IMG/VR virus record: IMGVR_UViG_3300047319_001119
Strand: one strand, 5' to 3'
Origin: an uncultured virus (IMG/VR IMGVR_UViG_3300047319_001119)
Taxonomy: Duplodnaviria; Heunggongvirae; Uroviricota; Caudoviricetes
DNA length: 64,000 nucleotides
Each line of letters starts with the position of its first letter. Positions within the stretch are counted from its first letter, which is position 1. The notes beneath the pieces are model-generated. The model did no database searches. It worked only from the letters and a program-made list of their open reading frames with translations, and was not told the origin of the DNA. A program made the translations under genes and the position numbers. Positions 54,262 through 63,262 of this stretch are shown piece after piece.

Positions 54262-55143
54262 TCATGTGATTGCCAAGAACAAACATTGCGTGCCAGTAAC
54301 TCCCCCTATCGGCCCGTGGGTAATCGTCATCCAGGTATGGCCGTCCAAGGACACGCTGGATTCTCCTGTCCAAAACCCGTTGATGATTACCGCGTCGTAG
54401 AGTTGGCCTTTGAGTTTCGCCTCCGCTGACACCGAAGTAGATCCCCACGAAAGAAAACACTCATAGATAGGCAGATGACCGCTGACCCAGCGATAAGCGT
54501 TATCCGAACTTTGGTTACCTGATTGCTGAACAGCAGCCGAAAAATCGCCCGTGCCGGTAAAACCTCCTGATTGGCCAAAAGAGTTCCCTTGATAAATTGC
54601 CCACCAAGGCGTCGTAAAAGTATTCTGCACCCGCAGAGTTAAGCGTCCCCAGCTTCGAGTGGTCGCGTCGGTGTCGCTACTGCCAGCGTGCGCCATCCAA
54701 CCAACCGGATCGGTCGGCTGGATATTGAGAAAGGTCGGCGTCCAGAGTGTTCCGCCGTACACATAATGCCGCGCTCCTTGCGCGTTGGAGTTACCCGAAG
54801 CGAACGCGAAGAAGTGGAACTTGTTGGCGATAACACGCCACAACCCAACGCCAGCAGAAGGCAGGCAGTAGGCGATCTGCGAAGTCGCAGTTTCAGCCAC
54901 GTTCTTCATCGTCACCTGGGCACAATTTCCGCTACCGGGATCCAAGAACCGAAACCGGATTTTACTGCCCGCGTTTTGGGCTGCGCTTTCCAGCTTTACG
55001 TCCGAGCCGGAGCCGGGAGTGCCGCTGATCGTGGTCCAACCGGCGTCCGAAAGTGCCTGCGTCACGGCATTGACCCAATCGGCCCGCGTAAGCGAAGTGA
55101 ACTGCCGGTTGATAAGTGCGCCGCCTGAATACTGGATGCTCAT
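54262..55143 (-). CDS. putative tail structural protein (paralog 1)
   Basis: Aligns by eye along its length with 55140-55997 (IQYSGG, SDAGWTTISGTPGSGSDV.LESAAQN, GQLYDA, SLDGHTW). Confidence 0.65.
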   Translation of the reverse strand: MSIQYSGGALINRQFTSLTRADWVNAVTQALSDAGWTTISGTPGSGSDVKLESAAQNAGSKIRFRFLDPGSGNCAQVTMKNVAETATSQIAYCLPSAGVGLWRVIANKFHFFAFASGNSNAQGARHYVYGGTLWTPTFLNIQPTDPVGWMAHAGSSDTDATTRSWGRLTLRVQNTFTTPWWAIYQGNSFGQSGGFTGTGDFSAAVQQSGNQSSDNAYRWVSGHLPIYECFLSWGSTSVSAEAKLKGQLYDAVIINGFWTGESSVSLDGHTWMTITHGPIGGVTGTQCLFLAIT

Positions 55144-55997
55144 GGGATTACCAATGCCAGTTGCGCGGTCGCGCTAGAGTTGATCTGCGGTGAATCGGTT
55201 ACGACCAGCCAGGTGTGGCCGTCCAAAGAAAAAGTCGATTCGCTGACGAGTGTCGCGCCCATGATGACAGCAGCATCGTAAAGCTGGCCGATAATCTTCT
55301 GTTCTCCATCAGTTGGGACAGAACCCGCAACCAGCGGCTCAATGACAGGCAACGAACCATCTTCCCAGCGCCACGCTTGATCATTCTGTTGATAGCCGCC
55401 CTGCCAAGTCGGTATAAACAGACCAGACGCCGCAGTCACCGTCCAAGTGTAATACGAGATTCCCAAAATAATGCTCGATTGCGGACCTTGACCGTACGGC
55501 CTACACGAACCGTGCCAACCCAGTCGACCCGAACCGTCGCCGTCAGAGCTTCCGCAAGCGGTACAGAAACCAACAGCGTCCCCGCTGACGATCCCTGTGA
55601 ACGCTGGCATATAAAGCGTGCCACAGTGAATCCAGCCTCGCGGCGTTGTCCGGTTAGCTCCTCCGGTCATAAAAGTGTGAAAAGCGAATTTGTTAGCAAT
55701 GATTCGCCAAGTATTAAGCGGTTGGCAGTAGCCGAAAGTGCTGTCGGTTGTTCCTGTCAAAGCGCGCATCGCGAATGCCGCGCAAAAAGAAGCGCCTAGA
55801 TTGCAATGCACCCTGATCTTGGCGCCCAAGTTTTGCGCTGCGCTTTCAAGAATAACGTCGCTCCCGCTCCCCGGCGTCCCGCTGATGGTCGTCCAGCCCG
55901 CGTCGGAAATCGCCTGCGTAACGTTGTCGAGCAGATTCTGCCGGCTGGACGGCGTGAACGTCCGGTGGATGATTGTGCCTCCTGAGTACTGGATCAT
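55140..55997 (-). CDS. putative tail structural protein (paralog 2)
   Basis: Same shared motifs as 54262-55143. Confidence 0.65.
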   Translation of the reverse strand: MIQYSGGTIIHRTFTPSSRQNLLDNVTQAISDAGWTTISGTPGSGSDVILESAAQNLGAKIRVHCNLGASFCAAFAMRALTGTTDSTFGYCQPLNTWRIIANKFAFHTFMTGGANRTTPRGWIHCGTLYMPAFTGIVSGDAVGFCTACGSSDGDGSGRLGWHGSCRPYGQGPQSSIILGISYYTWTVTAASGLFIPTWQGGYQQNDQAWRWEDGSLPVIEPLVAGSVPTDGEQKIIGQLYDAAVIMGATLVSESTFSLDGHTWLVVTDSPQINSSATAQLALVIP

Positions 55998-58900
55998 GGG
56001 TCAACGTATTGGAGATTGGAAATAAGAGGCGAGTTGCCGGTCGGAAAAGGAAGCACGTATTCCCACGGCCCACCGACCTGCACGATTGCCACGCAAGTTT
56101 CAAGCGTAGAAAGGTGGTCAATGGTCGTGCGCGCAAAGCTGCGGCCTATCGTGACCGCCTGAGTAATCGCCAGCGCGTCAGTGGTTCCTCGAGTTACCGC
56201 CAGCGTGCGGATCGCGGCCTCGGCAGTCCCGAGCGCGTCCAGAGCGATGCGGGTAAAAGTGCCGGTGCTTCGGACTGCGCTGACCGCTTGCGCGATTAAA
56301 AGCGCGTCGAACGAGCTGCGGAGAGCCGCCAGCGCACGCTGCGCGCTTTCACCCGTGGCGAGGGAATCGATCGCGCTGCGGGCGAGCGTCCCGAACCTGC
56401 TGGCAACCGCGAGCTCGGCGGTGGACAACGCATCGGTCGCGGATCGCGGATGCGTGGCGCTCTTGGTAATCGCCTCGGCGGTATGCGGCGCGTCGAGCGC
56501 CGTGCGCGCGGTGGTGACAGCTCGTGCCACCGATTCGGCCAGGAGCGGGTTGTCTGAGCAGGATCGGAGCGCCGCCAGCACGCGCTTGGCGCTTTCACTG
56601 GTGGACAGATTCTCCGAAGCGGTGCGCTGAACAAAGGCGAACTTGGTCGCCACCACTGATTCCGAAGTGCTAAGAACGTCAGTCGCCGTGCGTAACAGGG
56701 TGACGAGCCGGATAACGCTTTCGGTGGTGGAAAGGTTATCGACCGCGGATCGACTAATTGAGGCGGTTGTGCGCGCGGCGGTGGCGCTCTCAAGGGTGTT
56801 ACACGCATCAACGACGCTGCGGAACAGGGTTAGAAGCCGAGCTGCGGCGTCGGCGGTAAAGATCGCCTCAGTGACGCTCCGGTTAGTCGCCCACGCTCGG
56901 GTGGCTGTGTCGGCGGTTGTGAGCGCGTCAGTAGCCGTGCGGATCTTCGGCGCTGCGCGAACGGCGACGTCAGCGGTGGTCAACGCCTCGGCGGCCGCGC
57001 GAGGGTGCGTCGCGGTTTTACTGATCGCCTCCGAGGTCGAAAGCGATTCAGTGGCGGTGCGACTGATCGAGGCGGTTCCGCGTACCGCACTCGCGCTTTC
57101 TGAGGTCGAGAGCGCGTCAGTGGCCGTGCGCGAATGGATCGATCCTTCGACGGCCAGCTCCGCTGTCGTAAGAGAATCAGGAACACTTCGGAGCAGGCTC
57201 CCGACCCAATCGGCGCTCTCGGCAGTTGCCAGCGCCTCAGTAGCGAGGCGCAACCGGCCCGAAAGGAAGCTGGCGACTTCGGCGGTCGTCAGCGCATCGG
57301 CGGCGGTACGAGGATGCGCGGCGGTCTTAGTTATCGCTTCAGCAGTCGTCGGCGCGTCGGTAGCGGTGCGCGGGTGCGTAGCAGTCTTGGTGATCGCTTC
57401 GGCGGTTGCGAGCGCGTCAGTGGCCGTGCGAGGATGCGCTGCGGAGTTAGCAATGGCTTCCGCGATTGAAAGCGCGTCGGTGGCGGTGCGGGTTTTAGGC
57501 GCGGCGCGAGTGGCCGATTCAGCGGTGGAGAGAGATTCGGTGGCGGTTCGGCTGATGGAAACGCCAGCGGTGATGATGGAACGAGTCGCGGCCTCGGCTG
57601 AGGTCGGTGCGTCAGTGGCCGTGCGGACAACGTTTATTGCGCGGTTGGCCCCAGGATTAGTGCCAATTATCCCATCGGCTTTCCACCAACCGGCCAAGCC
57701 GGTCATCGCGCCTATGTCCACGACGCTGCCAACAGGAACCGAAATTCCGTACTTGGTACCTAGAGTCTGGCAAACGTTGTCGAAGGTGCCGCCGAACGAC
57801 AGGCCGACCGAGAAATGCACCACTTCGGCTACGTCACCGGTGCCGAAAGCCATTCTATCGAAATCCCCTGAGTTGGGTTGCGCCCCGGATGCAGTGACAG
57901 CGTTTACGCCATCAATGACCAGAAAATGCGTCGAACCATCATCGTAAGACGCTCCGCTGAACACATGGAATCCGGTTTGGAGTGTGCCGACGTTGTAGCC
58001 ACCCCTGTTTATCAAGAGCGAATACGGTCCACCGCCAGCGTTAGCTAGAATCGGCCTGCCTGCGTCGTTGCCGCTCATTCCCTGAATGGTGTCCGCCGGA
58101 GCCGAACTCATTACAGCGAACGTGCACCACTGGGCAGCACCGCTGATCGGGGTGGTTAAAGAAAAAGATCCACCCACCAAACGCACTACCGGTTTGCCGT
58201 TGAGAATGCTCTCCTTGAATACCGCCGTGCCTGCCGTGAGTGTGCCGTTGTTCCCATTTGCGCTACTGTCAGGAAATGCCGGTACTGCGTCGCCGTCGCT
58301 TGGGGCTGCGCCCTTATCCGAGACTGCTTTAAGCGACTCGGTCGTGGTGCGAACAATGGGCGCGTGAACGACAACTGCGGTGGCTGACTCAGAAACCGAA
58401 GCCGAATCATTGGCGCTCCGTTTAAAATTAGCGATCCAATCAGCGGCCTCGGCAGTAGATGGCGAGTCGGTAACAGGCCGGACAAAAGCACCACTGCGAA
58501 CAAGCGATTCAACCGGCTTGAGATTAGAAATCGGCCCTTCGATTGTCGTGCGGGACCAATCTATTGTCCGAGTGAGAACTTCGGTGGGCTTGAGGTTGGA
58601 CAGCGGCCCTTCCTGGGTGGTGCGGGTGAGAGACTGCGTGGCGAATTTGAACGACGCCCCTACCACAGCCATTCCCGAGATACTCGTCGTGATGGAAGCA
58701 GTCATCACGGCGGTATCCGCGCCTGAGTTGGAGTTGGTGGCTAGGGCGTATCCAAACGAGTAGTGAGTGAGGCTGGAAACTCCGTTGTTGTTTCCAGCCT
58801 GCGTGATCGTGGCGTGATTAGACGTTAAAGTATCGACCGTAGCTCTGGCCGTGCTGCGGGAATCTACCGATGCTATGAGTAGTAATTCACCGGACGCCGC

Positions 58901-59302
58901 ATCAGTCCCACCTGAGGTCGCAGTTACAGGCGACGAAGCAGCACCAGCGTTTCCACTTTGGTCTACAGGGCTAGATGCAGCGTTACCTGAAAACTCAGCT
59001 AACTGTGCAACAATCACCGCGCCCGTTATGGCGGCAAGGGTAGGGGCAGCGTCTGCTCCAGTGGCTATCTTGTAGAAAACCGCAGCCGAATTGAAGCTCG
59101 TGCCACCGGAAGCGACACCAGCGGTGGTCCAGCCACTCGGTGGAAAAGCACCAATTGTAGATCCTGACCCCGTAGCCGAAGCGAAGCAGACCAACAGGTT
59201 GCCTGCTGTTCTACTTTCGCCTGTTCCCCACGCAGGGGTGACTGCTGATCCGGCTGTTCCTACCGAAACTGCGCCGATTGTGCCGACAAGCGCGTAGGCC
59301 AC
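55994..59302 (-). CDS. long tail fibre-like protein with ~19-21-aa repeats and a LamG/ConA-like insert
   Basis: 1102 aa; N-terminal beta domain; dozens of RTATDAL.TAE units; LNGKPVV...AEVV...KYG domain. Confidence 0.7.
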   Translation of the reverse strand: MAYALVGTIGAVSVGTAGSAVTPAWGTGESRTAGNLLVCFASATGSGSTIGAFPPSGWTTAGVASGGTSFNSAAVFYKIATGADAAPTLAAITGAVIVAQLAEFSGNAASSPVDQSGNAGAASSPVTATSGGTDAASGELLLIASVDSRSTARATVDTLTSNHATITQAGNNNGVSSLTHYSFGYALATNSNSGADTAVMTASITTSISGMAVVGASFKFATQSLTRTTQEGPLSNLKPTEVLTRTIDWSRTTIEGPISNLKPVESLVRSGAFVRPVTDSPSTAEAADWIANFKRSANDSASVSESATAVVVHAPIVRTTTESLKAVSDKGAAPSDGDAVPAFPDSSANGNNGTLTAGTAVFKESILNGKPVVRLVGGSFSLTTPISGAAQWCTFAVMSSAPADTIQGMSGNDAGRPILANAGGGPYSLLINRGGYNVGTLQTGFHVFSGASYDDGSTHFLVIDGVNAVTASGAQPNSGDFDRMAFGTGDVAEVVHFSVGLSFGGTFDNVCQTLGTKYGISVPVGSVVDIGAMTGLAGWWKADGIIGTNPGANRAINVVRTATDAPTSAEAATRSIITAGVSISRTATESLSTAESATRAAPKTRTATDALSIAEAIANSAAHPRTATDALATAEAITKTATHPRTATDAPTTAEAITKTAAHPRTAADALTTAEVASFLSGRLRLATEALATAESADWVGSLLRSVPDSLTTAELAVEGSIHSRTATDALSTSESASAVRGTASISRTATESLSTSEAISKTATHPRAAAEALTTADVAVRAAPKIRTATDALTTADTATRAWATNRSVTEAIFTADAAARLLTLFRSVVDACNTLESATAARTTASISRSAVDNLSTTESVIRLVTLLRTATDVLSTSESVVATKFAFVQRTASENLSTSESAKRVLAALRSCSDNPLLAESVARAVTTARTALDAPHTAEAITKSATHPRSATDALSTAELAVASRFGTLARSAIDSLATGESAQRALAALRSSFDALLIAQAVSAVRSTGTFTRIALDALGTAEAAIRTLAVTRGTTDALAITQAVTIGRSFARTTIDHLSTLETCVAIVQVGGPWEYVLPFPTGNSPLISNLQYVDP

Positions 59303-59303
59303 A

Positions 59304-59513
59304 TCATCGCCTACCTATGTGTCTCAGAATTTCCTCGCCGTTCCCGTGAACCGGGACGATTCCCTCGGCTTTCGCTTTGGCGTGCAGCTCGTCGATCGCT
59401 TTCTCGGCCAGTTTGAGCATGGCGTAAGAGAGCATCCGGTTTTGGATCGGTCCCGACACCGCCACTTGGCCGGTCGAGGGATCGAAAACGATAGTAAGCG
59501 TGACCTTTTCCAT
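59304..59513 (-). CDS. hypothetical protein
   Basis: GQVAVSGPIQNRMLSYAML segment. Confidence 0.6.
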   Translation of the reverse strand: MEKVTLTIVFDPSTGQVAVSGPIQNRMLSYAMLKLAEKAIDELHAKAKAEGIVPVHGNGEEILRHIGRR

Positions 59514-59623
59514 TACGGCTCCTGCGGCTGCGGCTGAGGTAATGGCAGCGGCGGCGGTTGCACGACGAGGGTTTGCAAGAATTTCTCTTGCTCCTCGCTA
59601 AGCGGTAAAACTTCTGCGTTCAT
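59513..59623 (-). CDS. 36-aa Pro/Gln-rich peptide
   Basis: Fills the intergenic gap; TAATG coupling to the next gene. Confidence 0.4.
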   Translation of the reverse strand: MNAEVLPLSEEQEKFLQTLVVQPPPLPLPQPQPQEP

Positions 59624-59624
59624 T

Positions 59625-60416
59625 CTAGCCAGAGAGCGTGATCGTGTCTGTGACTGTGAGCGTGTCGCCGTTGCCAACCGTGGCGTCCAAGTTCAGGACA
59701 GTTTCAAAAACCATGATGCCGCCGCTCGTGCCGCCTGCTGGCAGCGCGTTGGTAAAGAGCCCCATCTTGTGTAGCGCGGTGATCGTGCCGGTGATCGAGT
59801 ACACGACCTGCATCGTGTAGGTGGCCGTGGCTGCGGTGTGCGCGTAGGTGGACTTGGTGCGCGAGCAGCCGTTGGCGTTGTTCTCAGTCGCCAGAACGGT
59901 GTCAGCCGCGTTGGCTGCGGCCGAGTCGGTGGTAAGCGCCATGAAACGCGGAATACAGCAGGGGATAATTGAGTAACCGTTGGTGCTAGTCGGGGTCGTT
60001 GCGGCTGCGCCGTCGGCGGCGTTCCACCATTGGTCGACGGTGAGAACGGTGGTCGAGTTGGTGCCGATGTTGCCATAGGTGGGTTCAGTGGCGAGTGCGG
60101 TTTCAGAAGCATATACGCGCCAGCCTTTGTACTGGTCGGCAGTCATACCGCCGCCAGCCGGAGTAGCGCTGGTGGCCGTGGTCGCGGTGAGCGCGCCACC
60201 TTTCATCGGAGCGTGGCCAAAGGCTGCGGCCCACAAGTCGCGCCCAGCGTTAGTGAGCAGGTTAGTCGAAATGCCAAGGTCATCTATGTCGCCGTTTTTA
60301 CGCCGGATATAGGCGTGAACGTGGTTAGGGCCGAGGCGCAGTTTCGTCACTGGTTTGCCGTTGCGCATCACAGTGAACATTGCGCCGTCTTTAAGGGGTT
60401 GGATTAGATGATTCAT
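59625..60416 (-). CDS. tail-fibre anchor-like structural protein
   Basis: NLLTNAGRD...MALTTD...ADTVLATE...MGLF...G.MVFE...GDTLTVT.T.TL pattern. Confidence 0.65.
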   Translation of the reverse strand: MNHLIQPLKDGAMFTVMRNGKPVTKLRLGPNHVHAYIRRKNGDIDDLGISTNLLTNAGRDLWAAAFGHAPMKGGALTATTATSATPAGGGMTADQYKGWRVYASETALATEPTYGNIGTNSTTVLTVDQWWNAADGAAATTPTSTNGYSIIPCCIPRFMALTTDSAAANAADTVLATENNANGCSRTKSTYAHTAATATYTMQVVYSITGTITALHKMGLFTNALPAGGTSGGIMVFETVLNLDATVGNGDTLTVTDTITLSG

Positions 60417-60421
60417 GGTGT

Positions 60422-60676
60422 TTAGCCTCTGTCTTTTGCGCCCATGCGCTCGGTAGCGGTGGCGGTTTTCTTTTTGCCCTTGGGTGGCCCCGACACTTTT
60501 GCTTTGTGCGTGGACTCAGCCAGGACGATCCAGTTCTCGGGGTCGCCGTCGCCATGCCCGCAAATGCGACAGGATCGAGGAACGGGATTTTCGCCGGCAG
60601 CTTCCGCGATTTCCTTGGTGCCGCAGTTAGCACACTGGAAAGCGAACTTAGGTTCGGCGGTTGCTGTTTCTGCCAT
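60422..60676 (-). CDS. small zinc-ribbon protein
   Basis: CANC...CRIC. Confidence 0.6.
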   Translation of the reverse strand: MAETATAEPKFAFQCANCGTKEIAEAAGENPVPRSCRICGHGDGDPENWIVLAESTHKAKVSGPPKGKKKTATATERMGAKDRG

Positions 60677-60713
60677 TGGCGCGCGTTGTGCCGCACCGCT
60701 GCGATCAAGTCAA
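60677..60713 (-). promoter_or_regulatory. putative late leaderless promoter for the tail-fibre cluster
   Basis: TTGACT-N17-CACAAC-gcgcgcca-ATG. Confidence 0.55.
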
Positions 60714-60720
60714 CGTTTTT

Positions 60721-61194
60721 TTATTGGATCCTCGTCCAACGCCCATCCTTGTCGCGCTGGTGCATTTCAAAAAGGATTTGCGGCCACCACGCGCGACACC
60801 CTTTGAAGCGCACCATGTCGCGCTCGCTGATCCACGGCCCTTTCACTTCGATTACCTTGTTCTGCCAGTGTTCGGTGGTCGGCAGGATGACGTAGAAGTC
60901 CGGTTTGTAATACATCGCCAGACCTGTCTCGGGATCGATGCCCCATTTGAGCCGGATGCCCTCGAACTCATAGCGGACGATTTCGCCGTTCTGCTTCTGC
61001 GCTTGTAACAGCAGCGCGTATTCTTTTTCCGGCCTTGTCATTCGCCGCGGCCTCGCGCGTGTCAGGACTTGGGGTGGCAGGCACGAAGGCGGCACGCCCT
61101 TGGCTTCGTCGATCAGGAACTTCGGCAGCTTTATCTGGCCTTTGGCTGCGAGATTCCTCTGGTGTGCTTCGGCTTCCGCTCGTGTCTTGATCAT
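60721..61194 (-). CDS. PD-(D/E)XK endonuclease (DUF1064-like)
   Basis: EKEYA...YEFE...YKPDFYV...IEVKG. Confidence 0.75.
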   Translation of the reverse strand: MIKTRAEAEAHQRNLAAKGQIKLPKFLIDEAKGVPPSCLPPQVLTRARPRRMTRPEKEYALLLQAQKQNGEIVRYEFEGIRLKWGIDPETGLAMYYKPDFYVILPTTEHWQNKVIEVKGPWISERDMVRFKGCRAWWPQILFEMHQRDKDGRWTRIQ

Positions 61195-61450
61195 GTTGCT
61201 CCTTCTTAGAATCTGCCGGATGAGTGCAACTACTCTGACTCACTTGGGTCTTGGGTTTTTGCTCACCTGTGCCTCCGGCAGATTTCCGAAACTCCTTGGC
61301 ATCAGGACAAGTAGCCCAGTGAGCTACGTGCCTGTCGCGACGAAAGTAGTAATCGCCTTCCTTCACGGTGTCGGCGTTGACCGGCATATTTGCGCCCTTA
61401 ACGGTTTTGAGCCACACGATTTCGGCTCCGCAGCGTTTGCATTTGCTCAT
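60968..61450 (-). CDS. zinc-binding phage protein
   Basis: MSKCKRCGAEIVW...MPVNA...HWATCP; C-terminal tail overlaps the next gene. Confidence 0.6.
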   Translation of the reverse strand: MSKCKRCGAEIVWLKTVKGANMPVNADTVKEGDYYFRRDRHVAHWATCPDAKEFRKSAGGTGEQKPKTQVSQSSCTHPADSKKEQHDQDTSGSRSTPEESRSQRPDKAAEVPDRRSQGRAAFVPATPSPDTREAAANDKAGKRIRAAVTSAEAERRNRPL

Positions 61451-61457
61451 GTCGAGT

Positions 61458-62066
61458 TCACCATTCTGCGTCATCGGGATCGTTCGGGTTACACCCTGGT
61501 ATCGGCAGCGCCGCCGCCTGACCGTAGGGATCAGGATGATGAGGAAGTTTTTCAGCCGGCGAGCGCGATTTCTCCCGCGACTCCTTTTTTGGTTTATGGG
61601 CAGGCATGGACGCCTTTTTGATCGCCTTTTTGATACCGGCTGAAATTCGGCCTTCGCGCGCGTCGGCGGCTTTGATCCCGAGAGCGGTCGCCAGCGTGAG
61701 GCGGTTGGGCCACTCGCGTTCTTTGAGGATCTGTTCGCGCGCGGCCTCGCATATTTGGGAGAAGGCTTCGCGTCCGCCATAGCCTTCAATTTCCTCTGGC
61801 CGCGCAGCGAGCAACTTGTCCGCGTGGACTTTATAACTTTCGTAAACTGGATCTGTCATGTTCCTTTCTCGCCAGATCCTCATGGCTTCAAGCGGGACCA
61901 TCCCGCAGCGCATGTAGATCGTGACTGTTCTCTTTTTGTCTTTCTCGTCGATTGGAAATTCGAGGGCAATGTAGGGCTCGCCTTTTAACTCGATGTAAAC
62001 GCCCGCTTTCCCGCTCCAGAGCGTCAGCTTATCCCCATCAGACAAACCGCCGATTACGTCACGCAT
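61458..62066 (-). CDS. hypothetical protein
   Basis: 202-aa ORF in the operon. Confidence 0.6.
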   Translation of the reverse strand: MRDVIGGLSDGDKLTLWSGKAGVYIELKGEPYIALEFPIDEKDKKRTVTIYMRCGMVPLEAMRIWRERNMTDPVYESYKVHADKLLAARPEEIEGYGGREAFSQICEAAREQILKEREWPNRLTLATALGIKAADAREGRISAGIKKAIKKASMPAHKPKKESREKSRSPAEKLPHHPDPYGQAAALPIPGCNPNDPDDAEW

Positions 62067-62932
62067 AGAAACGGCTTCATGTTGAGGATGATTTGGTAGG
62101 CGACTTGCGGGACGATCGAGTTTCCCAATGCCGCAAGTATTGAGCGGTGTAGCCCATTAACCACATCGAGAGATTCGTCAGGCGCTCGACGAACGTATCC
62201 ATCTTCGCAAGGCACCCATACGCAGGGTTGCCAGCCGACTTGAGCGCATGAGGCAACTGGTCGGTCCTGCTCTTGCCGTCCAGACGATTCATCGCCCAGA
62301 CTCCATCGCTCGTGTCCTTGATGTCCCTCGACCTCGGCGTCGGCCAGCCCGCGATCGCGTCGACCAGGGTCGTGCCCGTTTTGGCTCCTCGAGCAATTCG
62401 CGCCTCGTTCGACTCCGGTCCGTGGCGGCTCACTACCGGCGTCGGCCACGTTGCGAAATCCAACCACCCAGTACCGCTGCCGGATCTGAGGGGAGTCCAC
62501 GGCACAAGCCGGAATATCGAATGTCCGAACCTCGTACCCGATCCGCTCCAGCGTAAAAAGGATTCCGTCGAAGTCCAAGTCGATGATTCCAAGAGGCGTT
62601 TCGAGAACAAATCCATCCGGCTCGACTTCCGCAAGCACTCGCAAAGTTTCCTGCCAGAGCCAGCGGTCATCATCCTCGCCTCGTTGCTGCCCGGCTCGAC
62701 TGCTTGGCTGACATGGCGGTCCTCCGGTAAGAAGGGTAGCGCCGCGGTACCGTCGTCCGTCGAAGGAACGTATATCGGGATGGGGTTGGAGTCCGTGGGA
62801 TCGTGTAAGGAAAGCCCGACACCGCTCGTCACGCTCACACATGGCAACAGTTCGGAATCCGGCCCACCCAGCGGCAACTGCGAATCCTCCGAGTCCGGTG
62901 AAAAGATCAACGTGAGTTGGCTCATTCATCAC
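62054..62932 (-). CDS. C5-cytosine DNA methyltransferase (alpha frame)
   Basis: Motif I DLFTGLGG, IV GGPPCQ, VI variant LETP, VIII QIRQR, X ALGNSIVP. Confidence 0.9.
   Translation of the reverse strand: MMNEPTHVDLFTGLGGFAVAAGWAGFRTVAMCERDERCRAFLTRSHGLQPHPDIRSFDGRRYRGATLLTGGPPCQPSSRAGQQRGEDDDRWLWQETLRVLAEVEPDGFVLETPLGIIDLDFDGILFTLERIGYEVRTFDIPACAVDSPQIRQRYWVVGFRNVADAGSEPPRTGVERGANCSRSQNGHDPGRRDRGLADAEVEGHQGHERWSLGDESSGRQEQDRPVASCAQVGWQPCVWVPCEDGYVRRAPDESLDVVNGLHRSILAALGNSIVPQVAYQIILNMKPFLCVT
62077..62925 (-). CDS. nested alternative-frame ORF, putative MTase beta subunit
   Basis: 282 aa fully inside the MTase gene; two WPTP motifs and WLMGY; ATG overlaps the stop of 62922-63089. Confidence 0.65.
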   Translation of the reverse strand: MSQLTLIFSPDSEDSQLPLGGPDSELLPCVSVTSGVGLSLHDPTDSNPIPIYVPSTDDGTAALPFLPEDRHVSQAVEPGSNEARMMTAGSGRKLCECLRKSSRMDLFSKRLLESSTWTSTESFLRWSGSGTRFGHSIFRLVPWTPLRSGSGTGWLDFATWPTPVVSRHGPESNEARIARGAKTGTTLVDAIAGWPTPRSRDIKDTSDGVWAMNRLDGKSRTDQLPHALKSAGNPAYGCLAKMDTFVERLTNLSMWLMGYTAQYLRHWETRSSRKSPTKSSST

Positions 62933-63089
62933 CTTTCACCGCATCGAGGATTCGTTCGAGGTACGCCCGATCAGCCACCGGACCAATCGCCCAATCCTTG
63001 AAGCCTTGAGTTTTCGCCCATAACGCCACCTTCTCAGCGGCCAGCATGACGTCAGGTGGAACGTCGAGGTTAAGAATCAGCTTTCTCAT
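62922..63089 (-). CDS. small hypothetical protein
   Basis: Read by hand: MRKLILNLDVPPDVMLAAEKVALWAK... (55 aa); ATGA overlaps at both ends. Confidence 0.55.
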   Translation of the reverse strand: MRKLILNLDVPPDVMLAAEKVALWAKTQGFKDWAIGPVADRAYLERILDAVKGDE

Positions 63090-63262
63090 GGGGTTCTCTC
63101 AATCGCTTTGATAGCGCGATAAATATGCCGGACCTTGTTGTAACTTACGCCAAGCAGGTAAGCGGCGCGCTCGGCGCGCAGGCCACAATGAAACGCCAAG
63201 CTAACTGCGCGCAGCCTGAGCATATCATCAGCCACTGTTTGCCTGAGTTCTTCCTTACTCAT
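63086..63262 (-). CDS. small HTH protein
   Basis: GLRAERAAYLLGVSYNKVRHIY; ATG 63262 overlaps the upstream stop. Confidence 0.6.
   Translation of the reverse strand: MSKEELRQTVADDMLRLRAVSLAFHCGLRAERAAYLLGVSYNKVRHIYRAIKAIERTP

Noticed and set aside
56100..57640. Non-coding tandem repeat array, or a real plus-strand 434-aa gene (56643-57947)
   Set aside because: The repeats are degenerate at DNA level and explained by the minus-strand protein repeat; the plus-strand ORF is its antisense shadow
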